Source: a virus
Reading direction: 5' to 3' (one strand)
Virus record (IMG/VR): IMGVR_UViG_3300026078_000018
Length of the DNA stretch: 64,000 nucleotides
The notes under the pieces are model-generated. The model worked only from the letters and a program-made list of their open reading frames with translations. It was not told where the DNA came from and did not search any database. Positions 38,862 through 48,713 of the stretch are shown here, piece after piece (within the stretch, counting starts at the first letter, position 1; each line of letters starts with the position of its first letter). Both the position numbers and the translations under genes were made by a program.

Positions 38862-41331
38862 CGGCCTGCTGTACCAGTTCGCCAGCGCACCGCCGCTGAG
38901 CATCACCGCCGCATTCGGCAGCGACGACCAGGACGACGAGTACCACAACTGGGCCCTGCAGGAATCCGAGTCCTGCCCAACCTGTGGCGAACACCATCCG
39001 CCGGAGCAGACGGCCAAATGCCCCTATGGCGGCTGCTACGACGGTGAGCACTGCCCCAACGACTGCCCCTACGAGAGCGGCCACACCAACTGGGACCAGG
39101 TCTATCCGCACCTGCCCGACACCATGCACCGCGGCATGTCGCTGCGCCTGCCCCACGACTTCGACCCGGCTGCGCCCCCGCACCGCATGGCCCGCACCAT
39201 CGCCGAAAACCTGCGCGAATACGGCTCCGGCACCCACTGGACCCCCCACGAGCACATGGCCCGCCACTACGCCGCCGTCAGCCACCGCAACGGCGACGAC
39301 CTCCACGTCATCCTGCACGCCGCCAAACCCGACCGCGACGACATCGAAGAAGACCCCCACGAACTGCTCAAACACGACGTCATCGGCTTCGGCGAACACC
39401 CAGACGCCGAAATCCCTCTACAGCGCGGCGTACCCGTCCACCTGACCGGCATCTCCTACCGCCGCCCCGACCAGAAGTCCTGGACCCGCCACGACTTCAA
39501 GACACCCATGGAACACCGGGCTGTTCTACGCGAGGCGATGCCGTCGACCAAACACCCGCGGCCGGACGGCTTCTACACCACCGTCAGACACGAGCCCCGA
39601 GACACCGACCAGCGCGGCTGGCACGGCACCACCATGATCGGACACCACCAAGGCCGCCAGGTCACCGAGGCCTACTTCCACGTCCACCCCCACGGCGACG
39701 CCATCGACATCCACTCCATCATCACCCACGACGGACACGAGGGACACGGCTACGCCTCCGCCCTCATGGACGACCTCTACGCCACCTACCCCCACGCCGT
39801 CATCAACCACGGGGCACGAACCGACAACGGAACCAACTGGTGGCAGTCCTACGAAGACCCGGCCCCCGACCGCAACACCCACAACATGCCAGCCTCCGAA
39901 TACGAGGAACACTTCGACCCGCAAGAGATCGAAAACGACAAGAAAACCAATCAGAACAGCGAGACCTATCTCAACACCCTCCACCACACCGCAGGCGGAC
40001 AGCCCTGGCTACCCCACGACCGCTACTTCGGCCCCGGCCACCCCGACCTCGACCCGCGCCTGTTTGACGGCACCCAGCTCAAACCCGCATGGCGGCGCGC
40101 GCTACTCGGACTCGTCAACCGCGCCTTCGCCGACTACACCTACCGCGTCCCCGGCGCCTGGCAACGCTGGGCCCGCGCCTACCTCGCCGGATCCCAGGCC
40201 TCCCACTGGTACGGCAACAACGACCTGGACGTCCTCGTCGGCATCGACTACAACGTCTTCCGGCGCGCGCAGCCGCGGTACCGGACGATGAGCGACCGCG
40301 ACATCGACGAGATGCTCAACGCCCGCGCGCACGAAGTCTGCGACCCAGCGCGCTGGTTCACCATCAACGGGCAGCACCTCGGACCCTTCGACTCCACGGT
40401 CTACATCAATCCGGACAGCTTCGACATCCGCAAGATCAAGCCGTATGCCGCCTACGACCTCGGCGCCAACCGCTGGACCGTCGAACCGATGGAAGTTCCC
40501 GACGACTTCGGCCCGGACAAGCTGCCGACCGCCGACTTCCTCTACGCCCGCTCCCTGGCATCCCAGGTGCGCTCCCTCAAGAAGCTCCCCGCTGGGCAGG
40601 CACAGGCCCTCGGGGCCGCGCTGTACGACAAGCTGCACGGTGAGCGCCACGACGCTTTCAGCGGCCACGGCGGAGGCCTCTACGACGTCCGCAACGTGGC
40701 CTGGAAGTACCTGGCGCTGCACCCAGAGAAGCCTATGGAGCAGCTGGTCGCATGGAAGCGTGCTGAGCAGGCCGAACCGGGAGCGCAGCACACCGCGGGG
40801 ACGAGCGGCCCCGGTTCTGATGCCGACTTCAACGACGACTCGGTGATGATCGCGCTGGTGCCGCCGCGGGACGTCGCCGAGCGCCTCGTGCTGCCCGACG
40901 GCAAAGGCGAGCCCGCCGACCAGATGCACATCACCCTCGCCTACATCCCGCATGTCCCGCCGGGTGATCTCGGACGTCTCACCGGCACCGTGGCCGAGTG
41001 GGCCTCCCGCCAGCGGCCCATCGTCGCGCGGGTCCAAGGCGCCGGGACGTTCGTGAACCCCGGCAAGCATGTGTTGTGGGGCGCCGTCGACATTCCTGGT
41101 TCTTCCCACCTGCACTCTTCGCTGGTGGACGCGCTGCGGGCAGCCAAGTTCCAGCCGAGTACTGATCACGGATTCACTGCGCATTTGACCATTTCATACG
41201 AGAAATACCACGTGCGGTTCCTGCCTAAGATCGATCCAGTGTCCTTCACCTGTCACAGCGTGTACGTCTGTCAAGGTGACAACTGGCGCCCAGTGCCCGT
41301 AGGAGGCTCAACCGGTGGAAAAGTGACGTGA
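38830..41331 (+). CDS. polyvalent protein: Zn + ADP-ribosyltransferase-like + GNAT + Pol-beta nucleotidyltransferase + 2H phosphoesterase
   Basis: MHRG..GTHWT..ARHYA..EIPL; GHGYASALM; GSQAS..DLDVLV; HITL/HLTI; GGAGG RBS. Confidence 0.75.
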   Translation: MPAEKTHQDHDGLLYQFASAPPLSITAAFGSDDQDDEYHNWALQESESCPTCGEHHPPEQTAKCPYGGCYDGEHCPNDCPYESGHTNWDQVYPHLPDTMHRGMSLRLPHDFDPAAPPHRMARTIAENLREYGSGTHWTPHEHMARHYAAVSHRNGDDLHVILHAAKPDRDDIEEDPHELLKHDVIGFGEHPDAEIPLQRGVPVHLTGISYRRPDQKSWTRHDFKTPMEHRAVLREAMPSTKHPRPDGFYTTVRHEPRDTDQRGWHGTTMIGHHQGRQVTEAYFHVHPHGDAIDIHSIITHDGHEGHGYASALMDDLYATYPHAVINHGARTDNGTNWWQSYEDPAPDRNTHNMPASEYEEHFDPQEIENDKKTNQNSETYLNTLHHTAGGQPWLPHDRYFGPGHPDLDPRLFDGTQLKPAWRRALLGLVNRAFADYTYRVPGAWQRWARAYLAGSQASHWYGNNDLDVLVGIDYNVFRRAQPRYRTMSDRDIDEMLNARAHEVCDPARWFTINGQHLGPFDSTVYINPDSFDIRKIKPYAAYDLGANRWTVEPMEVPDDFGPDKLPTADFLYARSLASQVRSLKKLPAGQAQALGAALYDKLHGERHDAFSGHGGGLYDVRNVAWKYLALHPEKPMEQLVAWKRAEQAEPGAQHTAGTSGPGSDADFNDDSVMIALVPPRDVAERLVLPDGKGEPADQMHITLAYIPHVPPGDLGRLTGTVAEWASRQRPIVARVQGAGTFVNPGKHVLWGAVDIPGSSHLHSSLVDALRAAKFQPSTDHGFTAHLTISYEKYHVRFLPKIDPVSFTCHSVYVCQGDNWRPVPVGGSTGGKVT

Positions 41332-41356
41332 CCATAGCATCATGTGATGCTAGACT
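41328..41356 (+). promoter_or_regulatory. promoter with near-perfect palindromic operator
   Basis: TAGCATCATGTGATGCTA at 41335-41352; TAGACT -10 box. Confidence 0.65.
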
Positions 41357-41385
41357 GGAGGGAGGCTCACAAGCGGGAGGCGACG

Positions 41386-41844
41386 ATGAACGCGATCAGC
41401 ATCGAGACCCGGATCATCCGTCCCGAGGTCGTGCACACCCGCTACGCCCTCCACAACGGCGTCTACTGGCTGGTCGAGTGGCACCGCGATGGTAACTGCT
41501 ACTGGCGTCGACTGCCGACCCCTCCGGTCGGCACAATCTGCCACATCAGCAACGACGGGTTCCTCAGCACGCAGACGTTCATCGTGCCAGGCAAGCCCCA
41601 TGCTTCGCCGACCATGGTCCTGTGCCTGCTGGTCGCGGCGCTCGCCGTCCCGATGGCCTTCATCCTGATGCGGGGATCCGTGCCCCTGGTCGCCGGACTC
41701 ACAGGCCTGGCGGTCGCCGGGTTGGCTTTGCTGCAGGCGCGCATTGAGCACCTGCGCCGCCGCGACCCCGCCACCGTCGCCCGCCTCGCCGCAGGATCCG
41801 CCCTCTACCTGGCAGCCACCCATCACCGCCACACCCATCACTGA
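41386..41844 (+). CDS. membrane protein (two TM helices)
   Basis: GGGAGG RBS; two hydrophobic stretches. Confidence 0.65.
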   Translation: MNAISIETRIIRPEVVHTRYALHNGVYWLVEWHRDGNCYWRRLPTPPVGTICHISNDGFLSTQTFIVPGKPHASPTMVLCLLVAALAVPMAFILMRGSVPLVAGLTGLAVAGLALLQARIEHLRRRDPATVARLAAGSALYLAATHHRHTHH

Positions 41845-41856
41845 AGGAGCGCCCCG

Positions 41857-42234
41857 ATGATCGGCCGCAAGTGCCCGATCTGCAACAAGCTGATCACTGG
41901 TCAGCGGTCCCAGTGGGAATCCCACGCCCGCACTCACACCTTCTTGCGCGAAGGGGTGCGGCGGTGGCGCACCGCCAAGCCCTACTGGCTGTGGCGATAC
42001 GAGCTGCTGAATCCGGCCGAGGAGGGCCCGAAGCTGTGGGTGGAGCGCACCGAAGCCCACCGGGGCGCCCCATCGAAGTACATCGCCAAACGCCGCATGA
42101 AACCCCGTGGTCGTGTCGAGGAAGTGGTGCTGGCTGTCACCAGCGCCAAGGCGGCCAAGGCTGAGGCAGCCAAGCTGCTGGACCTGGACTGGGAGCCGAT
42201 CATCCTGTCTCAGAAGGACAGCTCGGCCGCCTAA
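41857..42234 (+). CDS. C2H2-type Zn finger protein
   Basis: CPIC...H...H; AAGGAG RBS. Confidence 0.65.
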   Translation: MIGRKCPICNKLITGQRSQWESHARTHTFLREGVRRWRTAKPYWLWRYELLNPAEEGPKLWVERTEAHRGAPSKYIAKRRMKPRGRVEEVVLAVTSAKAAKAEAAKLLDLDWEPIILSQKDSSAA

Positions 42235-42239
42235 GAGGC

Positions 42240-42491
42240 GTGAAACTCGCCGAATACCCCGAGCGGACCTGCCGCGAGCCGGTCTCCGGGGAGTACCTGA
42301 TGTACACCTGCGAACTTGCAGATCTCCACGAGGGCCCCTGCGCGTCGTACTCCTCGAAAGCCTCCGTCATCGCGCGCGAGGCTTGGGAGCGCGGAGAGGC
42401 CGCCCGGCTTGTCAGGGAAGCCGAACAAGCCGCCAAGGCGCCCAAGGAACTGCGGAAGGCTCGGGGCAGGAGGCGCAAGAGCCATGGCTGA
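42240..42491 (+). CDS. small Cys/His protein
   Basis: C...CEL...HEGPC. Confidence 0.55.
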   Translation: MKLAEYPERTCREPVSGEYLMYTCELADLHEGPCASYSSKASVIAREAWERGEAARLVREAEQAAKAPKELRKARGRRRKSHG

Positions 42492-42759
42492 TCCGGTCGG
42501 TTTGTCAGGGCCCGATGATCCGGCAGAGGCGCTTGAGGATCCTCATGCCGGGATGATCAACAAGCTGCGCGGGTACCTCGCCGCACGTCACCCTGGCGAG
42601 GTGGAGGCGTATACGGCGCGTGGGGGTAGCGATCCGGTCACCCTCGCGTGTGAGTTGCTGAACCGGTTGCCGTTGCTGCCGGGGACGCAGATCGACCCAT
42701 GTCCGGTTTTGCACTGCAATAAAGCCGCAGGTCACATCGATCCCCATGGCTCGGTTTAG
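42484..42759 (+). CDS. small Cys/His protein
   Basis: CPVLHCNK.AGH..PH; overlaps the previous stop. Confidence 0.5.
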   Translation: MADPVGLSGPDDPAEALEDPHAGMINKLRGYLAARHPGEVEAYTARGGSDPVTLACELLNRLPLLPGTQIDPCPVLHCNKAAGHIDPHGSV

Positions 42760-42773
42760 TAAATGTGATCTAC

Positions 42774-43066
42774 GCCACGCCCGTGGTCAGAGGCCCAGTT
42801 CGAGGTTGAGTCATGGGACAACCTTGACTCTTCGATGCTGGCGTTCCGCCTGACCGGAAGTTAAAGTGGGCCCCGTATCCAGCTTCGGCTGGAGCAGCAT
42901 CAGGGTTGCCTTGCTTCTGCAAGGTATTTCTCCTGGTCGTTCTTGGCAGTGTGTATCCAGTCGCGTGGCTACACAAGCGCTGAGACCCCCCGGGGCCAGC
43001 TCGGGATCTAGCCGGTCATCCCAGATCCGGCAGATCCACAAGGGTGACTCTCCGGGGGGTTTCTGT
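42774..43066. ncRNA. candidate ~290-nt structured RNA
   Basis: Several nested or crossing stems, including a cUUCGg hairpin, in an intergenic gap. Confidence 0.45.
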
Positions 43067-43196
43067 TTCCCCGCCCGCGCTTCGCTCCCCGCCGATAGCC
43101 TTCAACGCGCGACCTGCTCGGTTTGCCGCCCCAAGCCGGGGGCTGGTGCTGCAGCAGGTTTTGAAACGCCCCCACGCCACGCGGAGACCGATTCAC

Positions 43197-43628
43197 ATGA
43201 TTCACGACGCCCCCATGCGCCCACCCCGCCTGACCGGCCGTTTAATACAGGTCGGGGCCCTCCTCACCGACGGCGCCACCAACCTGCAGATCGCTCACCA
43301 GCTGAAACTGAGTGAGACCACAGTCAGCAAATACGTGGTACGGCTGATGGCTGCCACCGGAACCAGTTCGCGCACCCAGGCCGCAGTCCAAATGATCGAA
43401 CGCGGCCTGGTCCCCACCCCCGCCGGTCGCGCCCTCATCCGGGTCGATCACCTGCAGGTTCTGATGGCGGCCTTGCGGAAGGTCGAACCCGACTATCCGT
43501 CTATCGCAGACCTGGCTACCCGTTTCGAGGCCGTCTACCCGGCAGCGGCCGCGACAGGAGCGCACCGCGGCGCTAATCTGGAAAAGCTGTCATGTCAGCG
43601 CCCGGATAGCAGCGAGGACACCGCGTGA
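43197..43628 (+). CDS. LuxR-type HTH regulator (contains a TTA codon)
   Basis: G.TN.QIA.QL.LSE.TV..YV..LM......SR; TTA at 43242. Confidence 0.75.
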   Translation: MIHDAPMRPPRLTGRLIQVGALLTDGATNLQIAHQLKLSETTVSKYVVRLMAATGTSSRTQAAVQMIERGLVPTPAGRALIRVDHLQVLMAALRKVEPDYPSIADLATRFEAVYPAAAATGAHRGANLEKLSCQRPDSSEDTA

Positions 43629-44131
43629 CCGACAACGAGACCCTCCCGCCCGACGAGGCCTTCGACACAGCCGTCGGGATCTTGGAGGAGTACCTGGAGC
43701 ACGCCCAGCATGCGATAGGCGACGGCACGACCGTCGAGCACCCCACGACCATGCTCGCCGTCGGGATCATCAACATGGCCGGGGAGTTCCTGCATCAGCT
43801 GGCCGTCCACCGCCCGGCTCTGAATCACGACGGGACCCTGGGGTGTCCGTCGTGCGTAGAGATGCATCCGGTCCTCGGGATGGTGCGCGCCGCAGCTCCA
43901 TGCGCTTCCGCGCTATCGGTTCTCAATGCCGTGCTGCAGACCGGCCGTGTCGAGACCCCCGCGCCCGGCGGCCTGCAGGTCATCCTGCAGGACGGCACAG
44001 AGCCGTACGTCAGCCTCGGGGCCTCTGAGGTGGAGCGCATGTGCGGGCTGTCTCCAGCCCAGGCGCGGTCGGCCTCCTCCGCTGTCGTGCAGGCCATCAG
44101 CCGGGTCCGGCGCCGCGCGCGCCACCACTGA
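43625..44131 (+). CDS. hypothetical protein
   Basis: GTGA coupling; H...CPSC...PC. Confidence 0.6.
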   Translation: MTDNETLPPDEAFDTAVGILEEYLEHAQHAIGDGTTVEHPTTMLAVGIINMAGEFLHQLAVHRPALNHDGTLGCPSCVEMHPVLGMVRAAAPCASALSVLNAVLQTGRVETPAPGGLQVILQDGTEPYVSLGASEVERMCGLSPAQARSASSAVVQAISRVRRRARHH

Positions 44132-44321
44132 TCAGGGTAATTAATATCAAAGCAATGATGCTTGTGTAGGGCGTCTAACGGGTTTAGCGTGCAGAGACCA
44201 CGCGAACTTGCGAATTTGGCTTGCAGCCAGCAGCCATGCTCGCTGCGGATACACACCCACATAGCGACCCTGAGCACCCGAGCCGGTCCCGCGCGGAGGG
44301 ACTGGTCCGGCTGGAGGCCCC

Positions 44322-44679
44322 GATGGTCAGTACACTGTGCTTCAGCCCCGTCTTCCTGCCGTCGCTAGGCGACCCTGCCGAACCGGGCCCTGCGGCAGCT
44401 ACGGCAGACGACGGGATCCACCTCCTGTACGACGAGCTGCTGGCCCAGCCCTGCTTCGCCGCCCTGCGCGAAGACCTGGAAGCCATCCCCTCCGGCGAGC
44501 CTCTGGACGAGCCCACCGCCCCAGGCCACGGCCACCCTGTCGCCACCATCCTGTCCGACGCACCCAGCGAAGGCCTGGACATCGAGAACACCTTGCTCCT
44601 CCCCGCGGTCGAGCCCCCCACGACCGAGCCCAGGCTTCCCGACGTCGGCGGCCCCGCGTACGCGCGGCAGCACGCCTGA
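44322..44679 (+). CDS. acidic hypothetical protein
   Basis: GGAGG before ATG; start uncertain. Confidence 0.4.
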
Positions 44680-44695
44680 CGCCGGAGTCACGGGG

Positions 44696-45235
44696 ATGCA
44701 GAACATCGACAGCGCCACACTCCAAACGATCCTGACGATCCGGCTGTCCGAATACCACGGCGCCTATCACCCCGCCGCGGTCGCTGAATACGTCATCACC
44801 GTCATCGCCGAAGCCGGGCTGCTCGCCGTCGAGGCACGGGACGCCATCCTGCCCTCCACCGACGGCCACGCCCCCCTCGAAGTCGCCGTCGTAGCCGAGG
44901 CACTGCGCGCCAACCTCGGAAACAGCAGCCTGTCACTGACGGGACTGGCCACTGTCATCATCGCCACCCTGCAGCAGTACGGGATCAGTCGCATCGGCCC
45001 CGTAGGCGGTGTGCGCCTGAGCCAGCGCCAACGCCAAAGCCTCACCCTGTATGCGCAGGGCAACTCCTACGAGGAGATCGGTACGATCATGGGAATCTCC
45101 TCCGACACCGTCAAAAACCACCTGGAGAGAGCCCGGGAGGCCTTCGGCGCACGTAACACGGTCCACGCCGTGGTCAAGGCCTCGACGATGAGACTGATCG
45201 ACCCCGACGGCACCCGCATACTCACCGCCGCCTAA
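44696..45235 (+). CDS. C-terminal LuxR-type HTH regulator
   Basis: LSQRQ..L...AQG.SYEEI...MGIS..TVK.HL. Confidence 0.8.
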   Translation: MQNIDSATLQTILTIRLSEYHGAYHPAAVAEYVITVIAEAGLLAVEARDAILPSTDGHAPLEVAVVAEALRANLGNSSLSLTGLATVIIATLQQYGISRIGPVGGVRLSQRQRQSLTLYAQGNSYEEIGTIMGISSDTVKNHLERAREAFGARNTVHAVVKASTMRLIDPDGTRILTAA

Positions 45236-45328
45236 CCATCAGACTCCGGGGCCGTCCACCCTGCTCGGGCGGCCTCGGACTACACCTTCCACACAGCTCC
45301 TGTCACCCACCGGCGCCGCCCCGGGCAA

Positions 45329-47572
45329 GTGACGACCCAACCGACGGGACAGGAGCGAGCCTTGAGCACCCAGTCACAGGCCCTACGGCAGGCGATGGCC
45401 AAGGCCACCAGCGGAGCCGAACTCAACGAGCTGGCCACCGAGCTGGCCGCCGCCGACCGCGCCGAGGCCGTGCGCAAGCAGGCCGCCGCCGACCTGGACT
45501 GGGCCGCCACCGCGACCGCCGCCACCTTCGCACCAGTCCAGACCTACACGGCCACGGTTCACACCGCCGCCTCTGACTGGCTCGGTGAGATCCCCGAGGG
45601 CACCGGCGACTGGCCCCGACGCCTCGTCGCAGAGGCCTCCCTGTGGTACACCCGCCTGGCCCCGGAGATCATCGAGGACGCCGACGAATTCAGCGCCCAA
45701 GCCCACGGCGCAGCACGCGTTGCCGCAGGGCGCCTCGGGGTTCACCCGGCGGCTGCGACCCCCAGCTTCTTGGACTACGTCCACTTCCTGCGCAAGCGCG
45801 CCGGATCCGGGCTGCCACAGATCCAGCAGACCACCGATGCCAACAACGCCCCCGCGCCCACCCCGCTGCCCCCGGACGTCTTCGACAACTTCGCCCCGCC
45901 GGTCGACCCGGTCAACGCCGGAACCGCGGGCACCGAAACCTCCATGCGCGCACCCATCATGTCCGAGATCGGCGGTACCGCCCCGACGGCCGGACCCGGC
46001 AGCGCACCGGTCTCCGGACCGGATCCCGTCCGCGCCGGAGACGATGCAGAGGGCGTCGACACCGAAAACGACCAGGACAAGGGTGCCCTGAGCGGCTCCA
46101 TGGCCGTCAACCACTCCTACACCCTCGCCGACTACCTGCGCACCACCGGCGCCATGCCCGAAATGGACTACGACGACGACATTTTCGGCGGCGACGATCC
46201 CGATCGCGAACACGACTACCACCGAGAGGAGATGCGGCGCCGCGCCGAGATCCCCGCACCCGACGACCGGGAGCAGCGCCGCCGCCACGACTTCGGCAGT
46301 CACTACCAGTGGCAGCGGTACCAGGACGCCGCCGATGAGTACGGGCCCGAACTCGCCCGGCAGATGCACCCGCTGCCCGGCACCCCGATCCACACCGGCG
46401 CCTCCACCCTGGACCAGATCCAGCAGACCACCGCCCCCGACGGCGTCACCAACCGCCCCACCCCGCTGCCGGACGCTGTCGCCTACCCCTGGATCATCAG
46501 CCCCAACGCCGAAAACGACGCCCCGCCTGCCGACGGCGAAATGGCCCAAGGCATGCAGCCCGCAGCCACCGTCACCACCGGCGAAGCCGCCTACGGCCGC
46601 CAAGCCGCCCACACCCACACTGCCGACCAGTGGCACGGCCAGGAATGGCCCCATGCCGTCGTCCAGCCGGACGCGTTCAACACTCCGGCCTCGACCCCGA
46701 TCCCGCCGACCGGCAGCGCCGAGACCGGCCGCACCGATGCACTCGCCGACCGCGGCGCCGCCGACACCGCCCCCACCTACAACGACGTCTCCGGTCACAT
46801 CCCGGACTACGCCCGCTCCTACGCCGAGACCTACAGCACCGCCCCCGGCCAGCAGCCCAACCAGGACATCCCGGCGGGCATGTCCGGGCCGCCGACCCAG
46901 CCTGCCCGACTGTCCCACCTGCTTTCCCGCGAAGACGAACGAGCCCTGCCGGACTACGCTGCCGGATACACCGCAGGCACAGCCTGGAAAACCGGCGGCG
47001 CCATCCCCGGCTTCGGCAGCGGCCACTTCGAAGCCGGGCTCTACGCCGGGATCCTGGACAACCCCGCCATCCAGCAGCCCTTCACCGACGCCCACCGCAA
47101 CGCTGCCGCAGCCGACCGGCGCGCCGGAAGCCGCATCGCCCGCCACGCCAGCGCCAGCGCCGCCCTGCACGGCCACCCCGGCCTGCCCGACACCGTCGGC
47201 ATCGAAGGCCCCTACCTGCGCCTCACCGCGGCCACCTCCACCGACTTGGACACCATGGCCCCCGGCACCAGCGCCGACCCCACCGGGAATACCCCCTTCA
47301 ACGGACCCGGCCGCCCCCCGATGCTCGACGGCCAGTACGGCGCCGCTGACCCCGGCGGCCCGCCGCCCTACAACGGCGCCCCGCCATACGGCACCCTCGC
47401 GGTTCCTACCGGAGCCGCAGCCACCACCGGCGCACCCGTCACCATCCCCGACACCGGCATGACCACCCCCAACCGCGCCACGGCGTTCCGCCGTACCGTC
47501 CAAGCCAACCTGGCCCGCGCCGCCGCTGGGGCCCCGCTGCTCACGATCGCCGACCCCGAGGGGAGCCTGTGA
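45329..47572 (+). CDS. head-associated, low-complexity multi-module protein
   Basis: Head region; xTA/TGA junctions; internal QIQQTT..PTPLP duplication. Confidence 0.6.
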   Translation: MTTQPTGQERALSTQSQALRQAMAKATSGAELNELATELAAADRAEAVRKQAAADLDWAATATAATFAPVQTYTATVHTAASDWLGEIPEGTGDWPRRLVAEASLWYTRLAPEIIEDADEFSAQAHGAARVAAGRLGVHPAAATPSFLDYVHFLRKRAGSGLPQIQQTTDANNAPAPTPLPPDVFDNFAPPVDPVNAGTAGTETSMRAPIMSEIGGTAPTAGPGSAPVSGPDPVRAGDDAEGVDTENDQDKGALSGSMAVNHSYTLADYLRTTGAMPEMDYDDDIFGGDDPDREHDYHREEMRRRAEIPAPDDREQRRRHDFGSHYQWQRYQDAADEYGPELARQMHPLPGTPIHTGASTLDQIQQTTAPDGVTNRPTPLPDAVAYPWIISPNAENDAPPADGEMAQGMQPAATVTTGEAAYGRQAAHTHTADQWHGQEWPHAVVQPDAFNTPASTPIPPTGSAETGRTDALADRGAADTAPTYNDVSGHIPDYARSYAETYSTAPGQQPNQDIPAGMSGPPTQPARLSHLLSREDERALPDYAAGYTAGTAWKTGGAIPGFGSGHFEAGLYAGILDNPAIQQPFTDAHRNAAAADRRAGSRIARHASASAALHGHPGLPDTVGIEGPYLRLTAATSTDLDTMAPGTSADPTGNTPFNGPGRPPMLDGQYGAADPGGPPPYNGAPPYGTLAVPTGAAATTGAPVTIPDTGMTTPNRATAFRRTVQANLARAAAGAPLLTIADPEGSL

Positions 47573-48507
47573 TGGACCACCACGCCCTGATGTGGGACGA
47601 GGCCACCCGCGACCTGACCGCCGAGGCCACCGAGACCGCCCTCGCCCACGCCCTCGCCGACCTGTCTGGGGTCCGCGATTTCACCCACCTGGCCACCCAG
47701 AACACCGAATACCAGCACCGTGTCGCCCTGACCTGCGAACAGGTCACCGCCGTCTCCGCGCGCTGGGGCGTCGACCCGGCCTACGTCCAGCAGGAACTGG
47801 ACACCTCCTTCAACCACGTCCAGGCGGCCCGGCGCGACGCCGAGACAGCAGCCCGCAAGACCGCCACCGCGGCGGCCGCACAGGCACTCACCATCACCGC
47901 CGCCATCGGCACTCAAGACGCCACAGCAGCCCCTGACACGGCTCCCGACGCCGCCCCCGGGGCGCCCGCCGACATGCTCAGCGCCGACACCACCGCCAAG
48001 ACCTCCAAGCCTCGCACGCTGCCCTCCGGCGGCACCGCCACCGCGGTGCCCATGCCCGCCCCCGTCGCACCCGGTATCGTCCCCGGCCCCTCGGCGCCGT
48101 CCGGCCCGGCGGCCCCCGGAGCCCAAGCTGCACCGCCGCACACCGCCAGCCTGCAAGGCCGCATCGAAGCCGACATCGCCGCACTCAACCCCCACCTCCC
48201 GGCCGCGACCGTCACCCGCCTGGCCAAGAACGCCATGCGACACCTCGCCGCCGAACCCCTCGCCTACGGCAACTGGGACAACGCCCCCGACGGACCCATC
48301 ACCAATAGCGTCAAGAACTGGTCACCCTCCGGCCATGGCAGCAGGAATCACGGCGGTGGCGACGGCGCCGGACTGTCCCCGGACGACGGAGGCGGCGACA
48401 CCCCGGCAGGCCCCGCTGCTGCAGGAACCGCCGCCGACGCCGCAGCCCCGGCCGCCACCGCGCTCACCGACGTGCTCCCACTGGCCGCAGCGGCAGCCGC
48501 ACGGTGA
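47569..48507 (+). CDS. head-region hypothetical protein
   Basis: Coupled to the previous gene; Ala/Pro-rich; RKTA and HTA motifs. Confidence 0.6.
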   Translation: MMDHHALMWDEATRDLTAEATETALAHALADLSGVRDFTHLATQNTEYQHRVALTCEQVTAVSARWGVDPAYVQQELDTSFNHVQAARRDAETAARKTATAAAAQALTITAAIGTQDATAAPDTAPDAAPGAPADMLSADTTAKTSKPRTLPSGGTATAVPMPAPVAPGIVPGPSAPSGPAAPGAQAAPPHTASLQGRIEADIAALNPHLPAATVTRLAKNAMRHLAAEPLAYGNWDNAPDGPITNSVKNWSPSGHGSRNHGGGDGAGLSPDDGGGDTPAGPAAAGTAADAAAPAATALTDVLPLAAAAAAR

Positions 48508-48713
48508 GCTGGACCGAGGGCGACCGGGTCGTCTTCGAGGGCATCGGCACCGAAGACGGCATCTGGCCCGGCGACATCGGCACCGTCCTCGCCCTCGGCG
48601 GCCGCGGCGTCTGGATCGACCTGCAGACCGGCCGCAAAGCCGGGACTCTCGCCCTAGTCCTGGCAGACGACCTGGTCGAATACAACGTGCCCGAGGAGAC
48701 ACAGAAGACATGA
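48504..48713 (+). CDS. small SH3/KOW-like protein
   Basis: GDRV....PGDIGTV; coupled on both sides. Confidence 0.55.
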   Translation: MSWTEGDRVVFEGIGTEDGIWPGDIGTVLALGGRGVWIDLQTGRKAGTLALVLADDLVEYNVPEETQKT

